This document shows positions 52,263 to 64,000 of a stretch of 64,000 bases of DNA, in pieces. Both the position numbers and the translations under genes were made by a program. The notes below the pieces were generated by a model. The model was not told where the DNA came from. It saw nothing but the letters and a program-made list of their open reading frames with translations, and searched no databases. This DNA comes from Tubiluchus corallicola (taxonomy: Eukaryota; Animalia; Priapulida): positions 135,787 to 199,786 of the forward strand of contig JAQGDQ010000353.1 in NCBI GenBank assembly GCA_030141605.1, written 5' to 3'. How positions within the stretch are numbered: the stretch's first letter is position 1; each line of letters opens with the position of its first letter.

Positions 52263-52648
52263 CGTGATGATGATGACGATGATGATGATGCTGCTGATGC
52301 TGCTGCTGCTGATGATGATAATGATGATAAATGATGATGATGATAACAACAACAACAACAACAACAACGATGACGATGATGATGAAGATGATGATGATGA
52401 TGATGATGATTACAAATCTTTATTTGAAATTTTTACGTACCATAAACATTTTAGGTTTTAGCAACACTTGAAAAAGCATTTATAATTGTCTCCGTTAATT
52501 TAATTATTTCTTGTTCATTTGCAGCATCACGGTGAAAATTGATGATGAGATGCTACAGCACTACCACACAGAGGATTGTTTTTTGATTGATATACGTCAC
52601 ATTCCGGATGCAGACAAGTATGACATCACACTCACCGAGCTACAGTAG
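23501..52648 (+). CDS. grh: Grainyhead / grainyhead-like CP2-family transcription factor (spliced gene, 13 supportable coding exons; 5' end unresolved)
   Basis: Exons 23501-23785, 33444-34254, 35557-35696, 38039-38201, 39375-39486, 40143-40294, 43394-43492, 45190-45253, 47741-47859, 48901-48968, 50070-50120, 50773-51024, 52525-52648 all have AG/GT boundaries and join in one open frame (2440 nt, ending TAG). Motifs [37 protein letters not shown] and [17 protein letters not shown] are diagnostic of the Grh DNA-binding domain. Confidence 0.95.
25087..25410 (-). mobile_element. tRNA-derived SINE (MetaSINE-like core) with (AAT)n tail
   Basis: Minus strand reads A-box-like TCTAGTGGTA, B-box-like GAGATCGATACC, then core ACTTTAAAAGCGGTACCTGCTGTTGCCCTGCCTGG and a long AAT tail. 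Confidence 0.7.
26063..26190. repeat. (GA)n polypurine tract
   Basis: Seen directly. Confidence 0.95.
26220..28345. repeat. ~82-bp satellite array, ~25 near-identical copies
   Basis: Unit AAAAAAGACGCATTTGGATTGACACACTATTTAGATTGCATAAGCTTTCTTGAAATTTTTCAAGTTCGTTAGATTTTGAAAT. Confidence 0.97.
29253..29990. repeat. 34-bp minisatellite, ~21 copies, enclosed by a perfect 25-bp inverted repeat
   Basis: Unit ACACACCTTGTGTTCAAACCATACTGTAGACTGT; inverted repeat arms at 29224-29248 and 30007-30031. Confidence 0.95.
30588..31147. mobile_element. hAT-type MITE, same family as 15743-16219 (direct orientation)
   Basis: Shared internal sequence; ends CTGTGGTGGATCGT ... ACGAGCCGCCATTG; TSD ttcacaat/cttacaat. 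Confidence 0.75.
31688..32201. mobile_element. Kolobok-like MITE (19-bp perfect TIR, TTAA-type TSD)
   Basis: CTAA|AAGAAAACCGGATGATTGT ... ACAATCATCCGGTTTTCTT|TTAA. Confidence 0.75.
33444..34254 (+). CDS. grh: grh large exon, S/T/P-rich disordered region ending [18 protein letters not shown]
   Basis: Acceptor tttttttgcag|, donor GAG|gtacgt, 811 nt open, phase 2->0. The SPDSGIG..TPR motif resembles arthropod Grh. Confidence 0.9.
34293..34793. mobile_element. MITE with TIR TAGGTTTTACA..TCAAATGTAGA, TA target duplication and ~21-bp subterminal repeats
   Basis: TA|TAGGTTTTACACGTCAAATGTAGA ... TCTACATTTGACATGTAAAACCTA|TA; near-identical copy at 58689-59195. Confidence 0.85.
35557..35696 (+). CDS. 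grh: grh exon [10 protein letters not shown]...TVQIPKL (not in the ORF track)
   Basis: ttttag| ... CT|gtaagt, phase 0->2. Resembles Drosophila SFDYTEL...KIQIPKI. Confidence 0.88.
37416..37655. repeat. (AAT)n followed by (ATT)n microsatellites
   Basis: Seen directly. Confidence 0.95.
38039..38201 (+). CDS. grh: grh exon, start of CP2 DNA-binding domain (RYYLESP...[15 protein letters not shown])
   Basis: ttttccag| ... AAG|gtaaga, phase 2->0. Confidence 0.95.
38261..39078. repeat. ~175-bp tandem repeat, ~4.7 copies
   Basis: TTTTATGTTGATGTACCTG recurs near 38261, 38436, 38611, 38789, 38964. Confidence 0.95.
39375..39486 (+). CDS. grh: grh exon, CP2 domain ([26 protein letters not shown])
   Basis: tttcag| ... 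G|gtaaaa, phase 0->1. Confidence 0.95.
39648..40011. mobile_element. Degenerate hAT-type MITE
   Basis: Starts CAGGGCCGTATTA; CCTAGGC subterminal motifs at both ends; decayed right end TAATCTTTCCTTTG. Confidence 0.55.
40143..40294 (+). CDS. grh: grh exon, CP2 domain ([20 protein letters not shown]...[13 protein letters not shown])
   Basis: tttcctag| ... AAA|gtaagt, phase 1->0. Confidence 0.95.
41250..41680. repeat. Duplicated/triplicated MITE end (TGAGGCCTAAGCACGTGCTTAT x4)
   Basis: Motif near 41272, 41549, 41591 and 41633. Confidence 0.75.
42136..42396. mobile_element. hAT-type MITE
   Basis: TIR CAGGCCCTATTTCA/TGAAATAGGCCCTG; TSD cttcttag/cttcctag. Confidence 0.8.
43040..43247 (+). mobile_element. 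Helitron-like 3' end (hairpin + CTAG|T)
   Basis: CGCAAAA-TC-TTTTGCG hairpin, then GGGCCTTTGCTAG|T; homologous segment at 59732-59925. Confidence 0.6.
43394..43492 (+). CDS. grh: grh exon, CP2 domain ([11 protein letters not shown]...[13 protein letters not shown])
   Basis: ttttag| ... AAG|gtaacc, 99 nt, phase 0-0. Confidence 0.95.
43628..44341. mobile_element. piggyBac-like MITE
   Basis: TTAA|CTCCTTCAGGACC ... GGTCCTGGAGGAG|TCAA (12/13 TIR match). Confidence 0.7.
45190..45253 (+). CDS. grh: grh exon [21 protein letters not shown]
   Basis: gttag| ... T|gtaaga, phase 0->1. Conserved DNA-contacting helix. Confidence 0.95.
45665..46110. repeat. 89-bp tandem repeat, ~5 copies, each carrying a DR1 element
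   Basis: Unit TAGTTGACTATTGTTTCTGAGAGCATCAGAAACTGAAGAG...AGAGGTCAAAGGTCAGAG. Confidence 0.95.
46700..47640 (-). mobile_element. Decayed L2/CR1-type LINE fragment with an internal ~47-bp triplication (47090-47230)
   Basis: [40 protein letters not shown] is a typical post-RT region; simple-repeat tail at 46634-46700. Confidence 0.7.
47741..47859 (+). CDS. grh: grh exon [32 protein letters not shown]
   Basis: taagcag| ... GGG|gtaata. Homologous to Drosophila RKKLDELYHP..RSEFY..PVLFSP. Confidence 0.9.
48194..48490. repeat. ~290-bp interspersed repeat, direct copy at 49181-49470
   Basis: CACCATAAC...GGAGGGAAATCAAGTTTGACCTTTGATGG...AAGATGGC present twice, bracketing exon 48901-48968. Confidence 0.8.
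48901..48968 (+). CDS. grh: grh small linker exon [22 protein letters not shown]
   Basis: tattag| ... AG|gtacgg, phase 0->2. Needed to keep the frame; weak sequence conservation. Confidence 0.65.
49475..49688. repeat. (TA)n/(TATATG)n microsatellite
   Basis: Seen directly. Confidence 0.95.
50070..50120 (+). CDS. grh: grh 51-nt symmetric exon [16 protein letters not shown]
   Basis: tttttag| ... AG|gtgagt, phase 2-2, open frame. Confidence 0.65.
50773..51024 (+). CDS. grh: grh exon, dimerisation domain ([33 protein letters not shown])
   Basis: ttttgtag| ... GG|gtaaga, phase 2-2. Confidence 0.93.
51137..51896. mobile_element. MITE with CAGTGGCGTAGC/GCTACGCCCCTG TIRs
   Basis: Flanked by a direct repeat ATGACT on both sides. 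Confidence 0.75.
52108..52410. repeat. (GAT/AAC)n compound microsatellite
   Basis: Seen directly. Confidence 0.95.
52525..52648 (+). CDS. grh: grh last coding exon ([13 protein letters not shown]...YDITLTELQ*)
   Basis: tttgcag|, stop TAG 52646-52648, canonical Grh C-terminus. AATAAA at 53043. Confidence 0.95.
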
Positions 52649-53834
52649 AACATTTTATACCCGCAAGCTTTACACCATTTTAATGTGAACTGTGCTTTAG
52701 TCCATTGATGATTTTTTATTTTTGTGGTGGTGAAGAAAATTATCGCGTGCCAGCTAAGGTGAACTGTCATTGCTTGTTATTTGTAGGTAATAATGTTTAT
52801 TAGGGATGAATATATAATGTTATGTTGTGAAACATTGTCCATTAAATTTTGTAAAAACTTTAATTAGATGCCACGTGTGAGCGAAGCAATGATTTACAAG
52901 TTTATAGTAAATATCAAATTTTCATTTTCGAGATAAGTTCATTGTTACATAGATAAATTTGAATATGCGCAACTGTTTGTTCGACAGAAGTACTAAATAG
53001 AAGCCAAAGTATTCATCTTACTTCAGTTTTGCAAACCATTTTAATAAAATAGAGATTATAGCCACATTGTCACCTATAGTCATGTACAGAAAAGATATGT
53101 TATCACTATTATTGATTGCTTTTGTTTAATATAATGCAATAATGTGCAATAGTTTGTGTAAAGTCTAACTAGTTATTTTGATCATAAGCAAAAAACACTT
53201 GCCGTCTTAGCTATTTCTTATGCATTTCACTAATTCTCATTAGCTGTGAGTAAATTATGATAATTTTGGTCTCTGTGAGCCAAGTTACTTTAAGTAAAAT
53301 AATTGGATATTGCTAATCTGTAAGTCAGAAGAAAGCAAATCTCTTTTTGATAGAGTATAGTTTTAGTTTTCATGTATTTTCTTATATGCATACAAAATTT
53401 GTGTCATAGCAGATTATTTGTAGTACAGTTTGATGTAATTTAGTTATTTTTGTACATAAGTTTATTAATTTCTGTAATCAGTTTAAAGATGGCGCGTTTT
53501 GAAGTTCGTGAATTTTTTTATATGATAAGTACTACTGCAGTAAAAATCATATTCACTTACTTGTAAGTAAACTGCATACTTGGCAGTTTGTTGACAATAT
53601 TTTCCATAGTTCTGGCATTTTCATATACTCTTACTATTGTATAAATAAGTGAAAGTTTAAATTTAGTGTCATAATTTTGGTTTTTTATATATCGTATTTC
53701 TTGATGTGTTAGGAAAATCGTTGTAGCTTTTAAGTCTAGCATACTTAAATCTTTTCACACATCACATCAGTTCCTGATAAGTAAGTTCTTTCTATATAAT
53801 TTTTGTATAACACTTTCATATATTAGTTTATAAT

Positions 53835-54021
53835 CAGTGCTTAAAGTGTGCCGGGTACTAAACTGACCCTTTTTCGACCATTAAAGGCCTCAAAAGCCTA
53901 AAATCAAAGAAAATGTAAGCCCCAGACCCCACTGGGGCAGCGCCCTCCCAGATTTTTTAGCTGTGTCTTGTTCTCTTCCTCCATGAGACCCCTTACCTAA
54001 ATATATACACTTTAAGCACTG
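53835..54021. mobile_element. Short hAT-type MITE downstream of the grh stop (possibly in the 3' UTR)
   Basis: Perfect 14-bp TIR CAGTGCTTAAAGTG; TSD tttataat/tttgtaac. Confidence 0.75.
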
Positions 54022-54689
54022 TTTGTAACATAGTCCCTGCAGATAATTACTTTTGCATAATGTACATATAAAGACATTCTACATTTGTAGATATTTTATA
54101 GCTAGAGTTTAGTAACAGCAGAGGTCTTGGTCTTAATAGCCAACTTTGAATCCTTCTCTAATTTGTTACTGGATGACACACAACTGACGCCATTTTGTAA
54201 ATACGACATTCATTTTATTCAAGTCACTAGAAGAATGTTTATGACAATGTTTTTGATAATAAGGATTTATTGATTGCCAAATTTTAATGGCATATTATGT
54301 AAATAGTACCATTATTACATTGCAGGCATTGTGTGCATCCTATAAAGTTTCATAATGATTATGTGCATATTAACTATACATTCCATAACCATTAACATTT
54401 TTAATTCATATTAGTTTGATAAATTATTATCTACTGCAGTTTTTTTATTAGTGGGACCTTATGCCGATTTCATAGGGTGCTAATTGTAAACATAAAACAT
54501 TTAAATAATTAATATCATTTACATAATTATATTCTTGAACTATTGTACAGTTATTTTCCATGTTTGTATATTTCACGTTTATGGTGGCAGCTAACATGAG
54601 TTTGTTGCATAAAGTGTTAGCACTTAGTGCATATCAATTCTTATATTTTTGTTGCAAAATTATGGATCTCATCTTACTGATAAAGCTAG

Positions 54690-55450
54690 CAGGGTGCAAG
54701 TGGTGAAATCTTGCTTATTTTTTTATTAAAAACTTTGTAGTTTTTTTCTTGACAAATAAATTGGGTAAAAATAATCAGTGTGTAAATGTATTAGGTGTTT
54801 TTTTTTGATGCTGCATTTTTGACTTATTTCAAAAATGGCCGCCACACAAAGCGAAAAATTAATTATGCCGATCAAGCAATTATATTAACTATTTCACCTA
54901 AAGACTTATAAAAACAAAAAGCGATTATTTTATGAGTTCGACCTTCTGAATCTAAAAATCAGGTATTACACCACAAAAAGAATGCAAAGTGACGTAAACG
55001 TTTTAATTACCAAAAAAACAAAATGGCCACCTGATGACGGCATATATAAACTTAGAATCTATCAAAGTAATTAATTTCAGATATGAAGCTAATAGAGAAT
55101 CATTCAATATGGCTGTCATTTTGAGATAGCCAACAAGATGGCTGTTGCTAGACTTTAGAAGACGTATCTAAGTTGTTAGAGCAGGTAAGACGATTTTGAG
55201 GTGTCCAAATATAGGTTTTCACAGCCAAGGAATCCATTTTGCTGCTTAAAAACACATATGACATAATTTCAATTAGATTTTTGAAATGGCGGCCAAGATG
55301 GTTACTGCCACAAGTAAAGTCATGTTAAGTGCATTGCATGTTGTAAGGCAAATAGAACGATGGTTTTGGTATCTATATATAGGATTGAAAGGTCAGAGGT
55401 TTTGGGCAGTATTTAATATGGTCCCATGCCCGACTCGGAGCATATGGTGA
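54690..55450. mobile_element. Probable DNA-transposon subterminal region rich in AAAATGGCCGCC/AAGATGGC motifs
   Basis: Repeated (A)AAATGGC/AAGATGG motifs near 54833, 55021, 55135, 55284. Confidence 0.4.
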
Positions 55451-55778
55451 TACCGGAATTTTATGTAAGAATTGTAGCCGAGTGTAGTACACTGTTATGT
55501 ATAGATAACAACTTTCAGGAGTAAAAGAAAGTAGCCTAGGAGAAATAAACAGTGTTTCAATAACTTACTTTTTTTATAAGTAATATTTTTACTTACTTAC
55601 TTACTTGTAGTGGGTGGTAGTAATAGTAGCAGCAGCAGATTATTAATAAACGAAAGTTAGTGTGTTAGTGCGAAAGTTAGTTTTACTGGTAGTTGAGGAG
55701 AATTTATAGGCATTACTACATGTTCCTATGTAGCAAGTTTGCAATTCTTGTATTTGACGAGCATCTGCTTATACACGA

Positions 55779-55876
55779 GTACGGCGTTGAAAATACCGAT
55801 CACCGAAGTTAAGCAACGACGAGGCGGGTTAGTACTTGGATGGGTGACTGACTAGGAATACCAGGTGCTGCAGGTT
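55779..55876 (+). pseudogene. Degenerate 5S rRNA copy (internal deletion in the 5' part)
   Basis: GTTGAAAATACCGATCACCGAAGTTAAGCAACG..GGTTAGTACTTGGATGGGTGAC..GGAATACCAGGTGCTG matches animal 5S rRNA, including the internal control region. Confidence 0.85.
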
Positions 55877-55880
55877 CAAA

Positions 55881-55944
55881 TCACGTTGAAGACAGGTTCT
55901 CGTCTGATCACCGAAGTTAAGCGACGTAGAGGCGGGTTAGTACT
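55881..55944 (+). pseudogene. Second, 3'-truncated 5S rRNA-like copy followed by a (TAG)n/(AAGT)n tail
   Basis: CACGTTGAAGACAGGTTCTCGTCTGATCACCGAAGTTAAGCGACG..GGTTAGTACT, then simple repeats to ~56035. Confidence 0.8.
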
Positions 55945-55984
55945 AGTACGTAAGTAAGTAGTAGTAGTAGTAGTAGTTAGTAGT

Positions 55985-56036
<52 letters not shown>

Positions 56037-56429
56037 TTGTTAAGATTGAGAGTCATTGCTAGCGAAAGAATCTGACAATATTCGGTATATACATGTAAAA
56101 TAGAAATCCATTAATTTTTTATACTTTTTATATGAATAAGTTTCATGGCTATACATAGAAGATTATGAATGTCAGTACAAAAATGAAAAACTACAAAACT
56201 CAGTCAGAATTAATTTCTCTAAGTCCAAAATACTGTTCTTATTGTAGCAGCGTAATCCTATCACTGAAGAGTAGTACAAGTAATCAAAACCATAATATCT
56301 AAATAATAGAGAAAGAATTATCGATGCAGGTAGATTATCGCTAGAAGATAGATACAGAAATATAGACAAATATCATGGGGAAAGTGATAAAGCGAAAATC
56401 TTACAGTCTAAACATGAGACAATATAAGC

Positions 56430-57697
56430 GTATGGGCCGCTTCTAGGGGGACGGCGGTGATATTTAGCTCAGAACATTTTTCTTCGCCCAAAATTTATTT
56501 GTGGCACAAAATCGATACTTCTGACAAAAAAATACAAATAGTGTGATTGAATGATTGCACCAATGGCACAAAAATTTTCGATGTTTTACAGTCAAAAAAT
56601 CACCGGACAAATGATATTTTGAAGGAAGTCTGTCCCATTTTTTTTTTGGCATTCGCTCAGATTTAGGGCAATTTTCTTTGTGTCCTGGCTTGTACGCCTA
56701 TGTAAGACAATGAATAATAACTAGGTAATAACCTGTACATTTACAAAGCATAGAAAATAAACAGTACATAAAACATTTTCCAGTCCTTGCAAGAAGCAAT
56801 TTCCATTCCGTAGATATTTCATTTGTTTGAAGATGGAAGCGCTCTAAATGTGGTCTAGTGTCTTTAGTACAGGCTAATAGATTCACAATATTCGTTTCGT
56901 GCGGATAACTAGTCACAATGCCGCATTTAACGCTGGTAAACAGCCCAGAAAACGAACATTTTAGTTCAGCAGTGGCCGCCATCTTGAATGCTGGAGTCCA
57001 ATCCTGTCGGTAGTTTCACCAATGTGCTGTTCAGGCCCCTAGTTGCCGAAGATGAATATTTATGACGTTTTGAAGTATTTTGACAAGATTTTTCAACTCA
57101 TGTTTACCTACACGAAGCTTTTTGATGAACGTTGTTACCTATATTTTCACCCTGATATATGACTCTTTCAGGGGTCTTTTACAATAGGGTGGAAATTCGC
57201 TCCATCGAAGTTGTCACTGCAGCATAGTGGGATGGGATGCTCTATTCACATACATATCGATATTTTTGTCCCCGCCCCCGCAGTGGGTGAGATATAAGAC
57301 TTTAAAATGACTGAGTATTTGCATCTTGTGCGTAATGCGAGCTTAAAGACCCCCAGTAGAGCCGAAAGAGGGGGGTTTGGGACAAAAGTAAAAAAGTCAT
57401 TTTGGAGAAGATAACAAGAACCAATACTGTGCAGAGTCAGATCTATTCAAACCCGGTGGTTGCTGCATGGCTAATCCTTCAAATATAGGCAAAAAATAGA
57501 GAAAAATGGGTACTTTTTTCATAAAAATCGGCCTATGCTGTACCTCTGCTACCATGAGGAGTTGGACCAAACGGATTCACATAGTGAATGCTAGTGACTA
57601 GTGGACCTCATACCCGAACTTTGGTCTGAATCGGTTTACCTAACCTTGTGCCGGAATTTTTCGATTTTGCATGGTCTTCTCGCGGACACGTTCTTAA
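56430..57697 (-). mobile_element. DNA transposon relic: TTAA-flanked end and degenerate intron-containing ORF (Sola3/Kolobok-like, family uncertain)
   Basis: End reads ...GCGGACACGTTC|TTAA (57694-57697). ORF 56982-56698 (MAATAELKCSF..C..LLAC.KD...HL...EWKLLLARTG) is followed by an acceptor-like ttacatag and a frameshifted continuation. Confidence 0.5.
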
Positions 57698-58688
57698 CAA
57701 GTTATTTTTTGTTAAAGGCTTGAATGGTTTACACTTCGCACCTAATTACTGCCGCAACTTTTGAGAGAACTGTCAAGATGACATAAAAAAAGTATCACTG
57801 TACTGTTTGCATTTCAGAATTAAGTGTAGTGTTTTTTTAATATTTTCGGCTTTTTTAAACGAGACAACCGTTTGTCTGCACTCACGTGATTGCCAATTGC
57901 CGATATACTTCTTAAAGTATAGATGATATTAAAATTACTTTTGCTGAAATAACAATGATCTATTTGCAATGTCATAGAATAGATATCAACTAGTATTTAA
58001 TTAAACACAGCAACGACTTTATTCACATTTCTCATATCAAAACAAAAACTACTACAAGCAATGGTGATGCATTTTATGTTTTTTGACAATAGCTTCACAG
58101 TATTAACTGTAATGTGGAGATCCCATGTTAACAAACAGCAGCGCACCACAACTAGCACGCGGCATCTACATGCACGGATAACAATGCGAGATAATTTTGA
58201 ATTTCGACTTTGAATATGAGACGACAAAAAACTGATTAACGAAATTTCATGATAGCCGTGAAGCTGCAAAAGTATTGTTTTTGCGGAATAGTACAATACA
58301 CTAGTAACAATCTACAGAACAATCTGCCTTACGTAATTTTTTGCCATAAGATGGCACCACCGACTAAACCAAAATCATTTCTAGAGTACAACTTCTAATA
58401 AGTGAACTAACGAATATCTGAGTGATTAATTTGCAAAAACAATATGGATGTGCAGAAAAAATTTACAAAAAGTACTATAAAGGCTTGTAATATAAAATTT
58501 ACAATAGATATTACATATAAAATACATGCACGACACATTAAGCGATTATTTAATTTAATCATTATTTACAAAACTCATTAACAAAAAAAAATGAATAAAG
58601 AAGAACTTAGTATCCATTTTTATATCAAATTCTGTTGTTATTTACCAATTTTCGATACTGTTAATAAAATATTTCAGCTAAAATTGTA

Positions 58689-59195
58689 TAGGTTTTACAC
58701 GTCAAATGTAGACACAGGAAAGTTCAAATGTGACTTAGGCAAGTCAAATGTAGACATAGGAATTTCGAATGTGTTTTGGTAACTCAAATGTGACTTAGGT
58801 AAGTCAAATGTAGATGCATTACTTTGAATAAATCGGTAATTAAGTTACTTAAGTGCAAATTAGAAAAAGATAAACCAAAGATAGTGCATCTATTAGTAGG
58901 CTTATAACGTTGTTATGTTGTTATTTTAACTTAAGAGCAATTATTAAATTGAAATTAAAGAAGATTAAATTTAACATCCTTAAACTTTAACACCTATCCA
59001 CATTTGAGATACCAATGTCACATTTGACTTGACATGTGTCTACATTTGACTTACCAAAAACGCTCAAAATTTCTTGAAAACCATTGTTAACACATTTGAA
59101 TTACCTAAGTCTACATTTGAGTTACCAAGACACATTTGAATTACCTAAATCTACATTTGAGTTAACGCAGGTCTACATTTGACATGTAAAACCTA
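58689..59195. mobile_element. Second copy of the TAGGTTTTACA MITE, just 3' of ELOC
   Basis: Same TIRs, TA TSD and internal sequence as 34293-34793. Confidence 0.85.
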
Positions 59196-59308
59196 TAATA
59201 GCGTAACCAGAAAAATAATCACATAGCTTCATAAAAGGGAGCACTGACAATCCTGTAGTCCTGTAGTCAAATTATTTAGTTTTTGAGTCCGATTATTAGA
59301 ACAGAGAA

Positions 59309-59314
59309 TTTATT
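59309..59314 (-). terminator. Candidate ELOC polyadenylation signal AATAAA
   Basis: tttatt on + strand, ~55 nt downstream of the ELOC stop. Confidence 0.5.
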
Positions 59315-59369
59315 GCTATCCAACAAGGATAGCATTTTTACTTAAGTTAGAATAAGGATCTAGAAATTT

Positions 59370-61590
<2,221 letters not shown>

Positions 61591-64000
61591 TTATCAGTTC
61601 TATATGTACATTTATTATTTGAATGTACATGAGTAAACCAAGCCAAAAGAAATGATTTTATTAGCACTCTGCCTGCGTTAGATTCGGACTATGTTTTCTC
61701 TAGCCGGGATAATAATGCTATAAATGCTTTTGCAAATCTTATCTCGGACGAATTCCTATCGTCTTTCGCCCATACATAAACAGTCTGTCGGTGATGAAAT
61801 TTTACAACTCTCGTCGTGCTTTCTATATGCTGTTTTGTTTTTATTTATGATTATGTGAATTCACATTAGAATTGGCAATTATGTTTATTATAATTGTACT
61901 CGCTGTTTTTCATTGTGTATATATAACGTGTGTAAATTTTTGTTACTCAGCGTTAAAATATGTTCGTTATCGTTTATTATGTATGTATGTATGTATGTAT
62001 GTAGTGTTGGATTATAATTTGTAACTATGTCTATTGTATATGATCATTGTCGTTCAATGTGTCTCATGCGTTGGATTCTATATTATATATATATATGTGA
62101 AAATTTTTAATACGTTGTAAATGCTTTTAGAAAGTTTAAACATGTCCCTACAAATAGAGGGAATGTATTCTGTACATAGTTTTTGAAAATAAAGAATTAT
62201 TATAATAATAATAATCTATATGTATAATAGCAATAGGTAACTCAAAATGATTAATGTAAGACCACTTTCTCATTTCCACATATATTCCAAAGCTGATATG
62301 TTCAGTAAGCCTTTAAGAACTGAATGAATTACCTCTGTGACTGACAAAATACATTATGAATAGCTACTAAGTTACAATCTGTCAATACAAACATCAGACG
62401 ACAGTTGACAAGCGTATAATATATCATTGTATCTAAAATCATCTTACTGCTGTAGAAGGCACTGCTAGTTCCCATGCCTACAAAATAATTTAACCTTTTA
62501 ACAGTTACTAAAACAAAAATTAGCTTAACTATCAAAATTATCGATACACTGGAAATCCATATGCTGTTATACGTATGGTGGGTTGATCAACATTCACAAA
62601 CTTGAGCTAAAAAATGTCTTGTTGTCAATTATTTTTTACATTTCAGACAAGTAGCCATTCCAAACAAGCCGCTTATCGTATAGCATTTGACAATTACAAT
62701 ATCTTAGTTGCATCTATCAGTTGAATAAATAACAGCGCAAATTCCTTTCATAAGTAGCACAAAAATGCATCAAGGTTACAAAGTAAATAAATAACTTTAC
62801 AGTCCTATGCCAACAATGTATTAATGTCACAAATATCTGAATTCAAATGCTTTGTCATGACTGACTCTACCATTAAAATGGGCTTTCTGGAATTGCAACT
62901 AGTTGAAGTCTGCCAATCTACTGGCCATCACCAGGTATGCAGCATTAGCATACAAAACCTTCCAGTCTATTAGTATCCAAGTTGTTCAAAATGCAAGAAA
63001 TATGCTATGATTTGAAACATTGTAAAAACAAATTTTATATCAGATGTCAGAGTTAGAAATATTTTATTCAAAAAATAACATTTAAAATATAACGGAATAA
63101 TTTTCTTGAATTTTGGTTTGGTTTTTAATCACTAAGAATTCACATGTCAAATATCTGACTAAACTCCACGTTTTTGGTAGCTCTCTTAAGTGATGCTGAC
63201 TGGCATAATTACTATGCCTGAACAGACACTGACAGTTCCTTCCTTTTTAGTCATAGCCTGTGATTTCAGTAAGTGCTAAAGTAGTAGTGTCATCATGTTT
63301 GCAGCAGAAACAAGAGAAAAAAACAAGAGCAACAGATACTTCGCGTACGTAAAGAGTATTTGTAAAATTAACAGCAAATAAATTCTAAAATCTGATTATA
63401 AAACTACTATTTCGTGTTTATCTTTACATAAGTCCAACAACAACCATTACCCTTTTTAGGCATTACAAAGCAAAAAACTATACACACTTTATGTGTAAGT
63501 ACAAATATTTTTTGTAGGACGGGTATTCCTGAATTCACAGGTATAAGATACAACGTAATTGTAAAAATATAACCTAAAGTATTTAAAATACTGGCAATAT
63601 TACTAAAAAGCTTACTATTTTTATTAAACACGAACTACAACAACACAAAAATTTTACTTTCTATGGTTAGGGGCAAGTTTAACTGTTGATTCGACTACTC
63701 AGTAGCATAAGCATCGAGTATAAACTTCGCGACACCAACGATGCATGCACTGAACGACATAGATCCAGGAAAAACAGGGTATATTCCTCTAATAACTTTA
63801 TGGTTTAACCAACCAGTAAGTTAACCACAGTTAGTAACGCAATTTTTGCAAAAGGAAGGGGCACAAAAATAACTAGAAAGAGTACAGAACAATTTATTGT
63901 ATTAAAATAAATTGAATTCACTTATTAAAATAAAATAAATAAAGTGTCCCTTGTAATTTATTTAATGTAGTGAAATTGTTGAAGAATTGAAATTAATCTG

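Noticed and set aside
55779-55944. Functional 5S rRNA genes
   Set aside because: Internal deletion or truncation and no Pol III terminator; called pseudogenes.
62329-63631. Short minus-strand ORFs upstream of ELOC
   Set aside because: No homology recognised; the ELOC non-coding first exon and promoter could not be placed with confidence.

Overview
AT-rich, repeat-dense animal (invertebrate, probably protostome) genomic DNA, not prokaryotic. Two spliced protein-coding genes can be reconstructed with consistent GT-AG phases. (1) grainyhead (Grh/GRHL-family CP2 transcription factor), + strand: 13 supportable coding exons from 23501 to the stop at 52648, about 812 aa plus an unresolved N-terminus. 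(2) Elongin C (ELOC/TCEB1), - strand, convergent: 2 coding exons, 120 aa, 61563->59370. The rest is intron or intergenic sequence holding microsatellites, minisatellites (34, 34, 60, ~82, 89, ~90, ~175 bp units), MITEs (hAT-, Kolobok/piggyBac- and TA-TSD types), Helitron-like 3' ends, CR1/L2 and RTE LINE fragments, a tRNA-derived SINE, a tandem pair of degenerate 5S rRNA copies and a probable transposase relic. Most ORFs in the supplied track are low-complexity artefacts. I found no CRISPR array and no clearly new multi-gene system. The best leads concern possible regulation of grh: a tandem array of DR1 nuclear-receptor elements, a MITE supplying consensus splice donors and a poly(A) signal beside an exon, a possible internal promoter/first exon with an 8-nt microexon, and a skippable transactivation exon. 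All coordinates were read by eye; repeat-family names come from structure and memory, not database searches.
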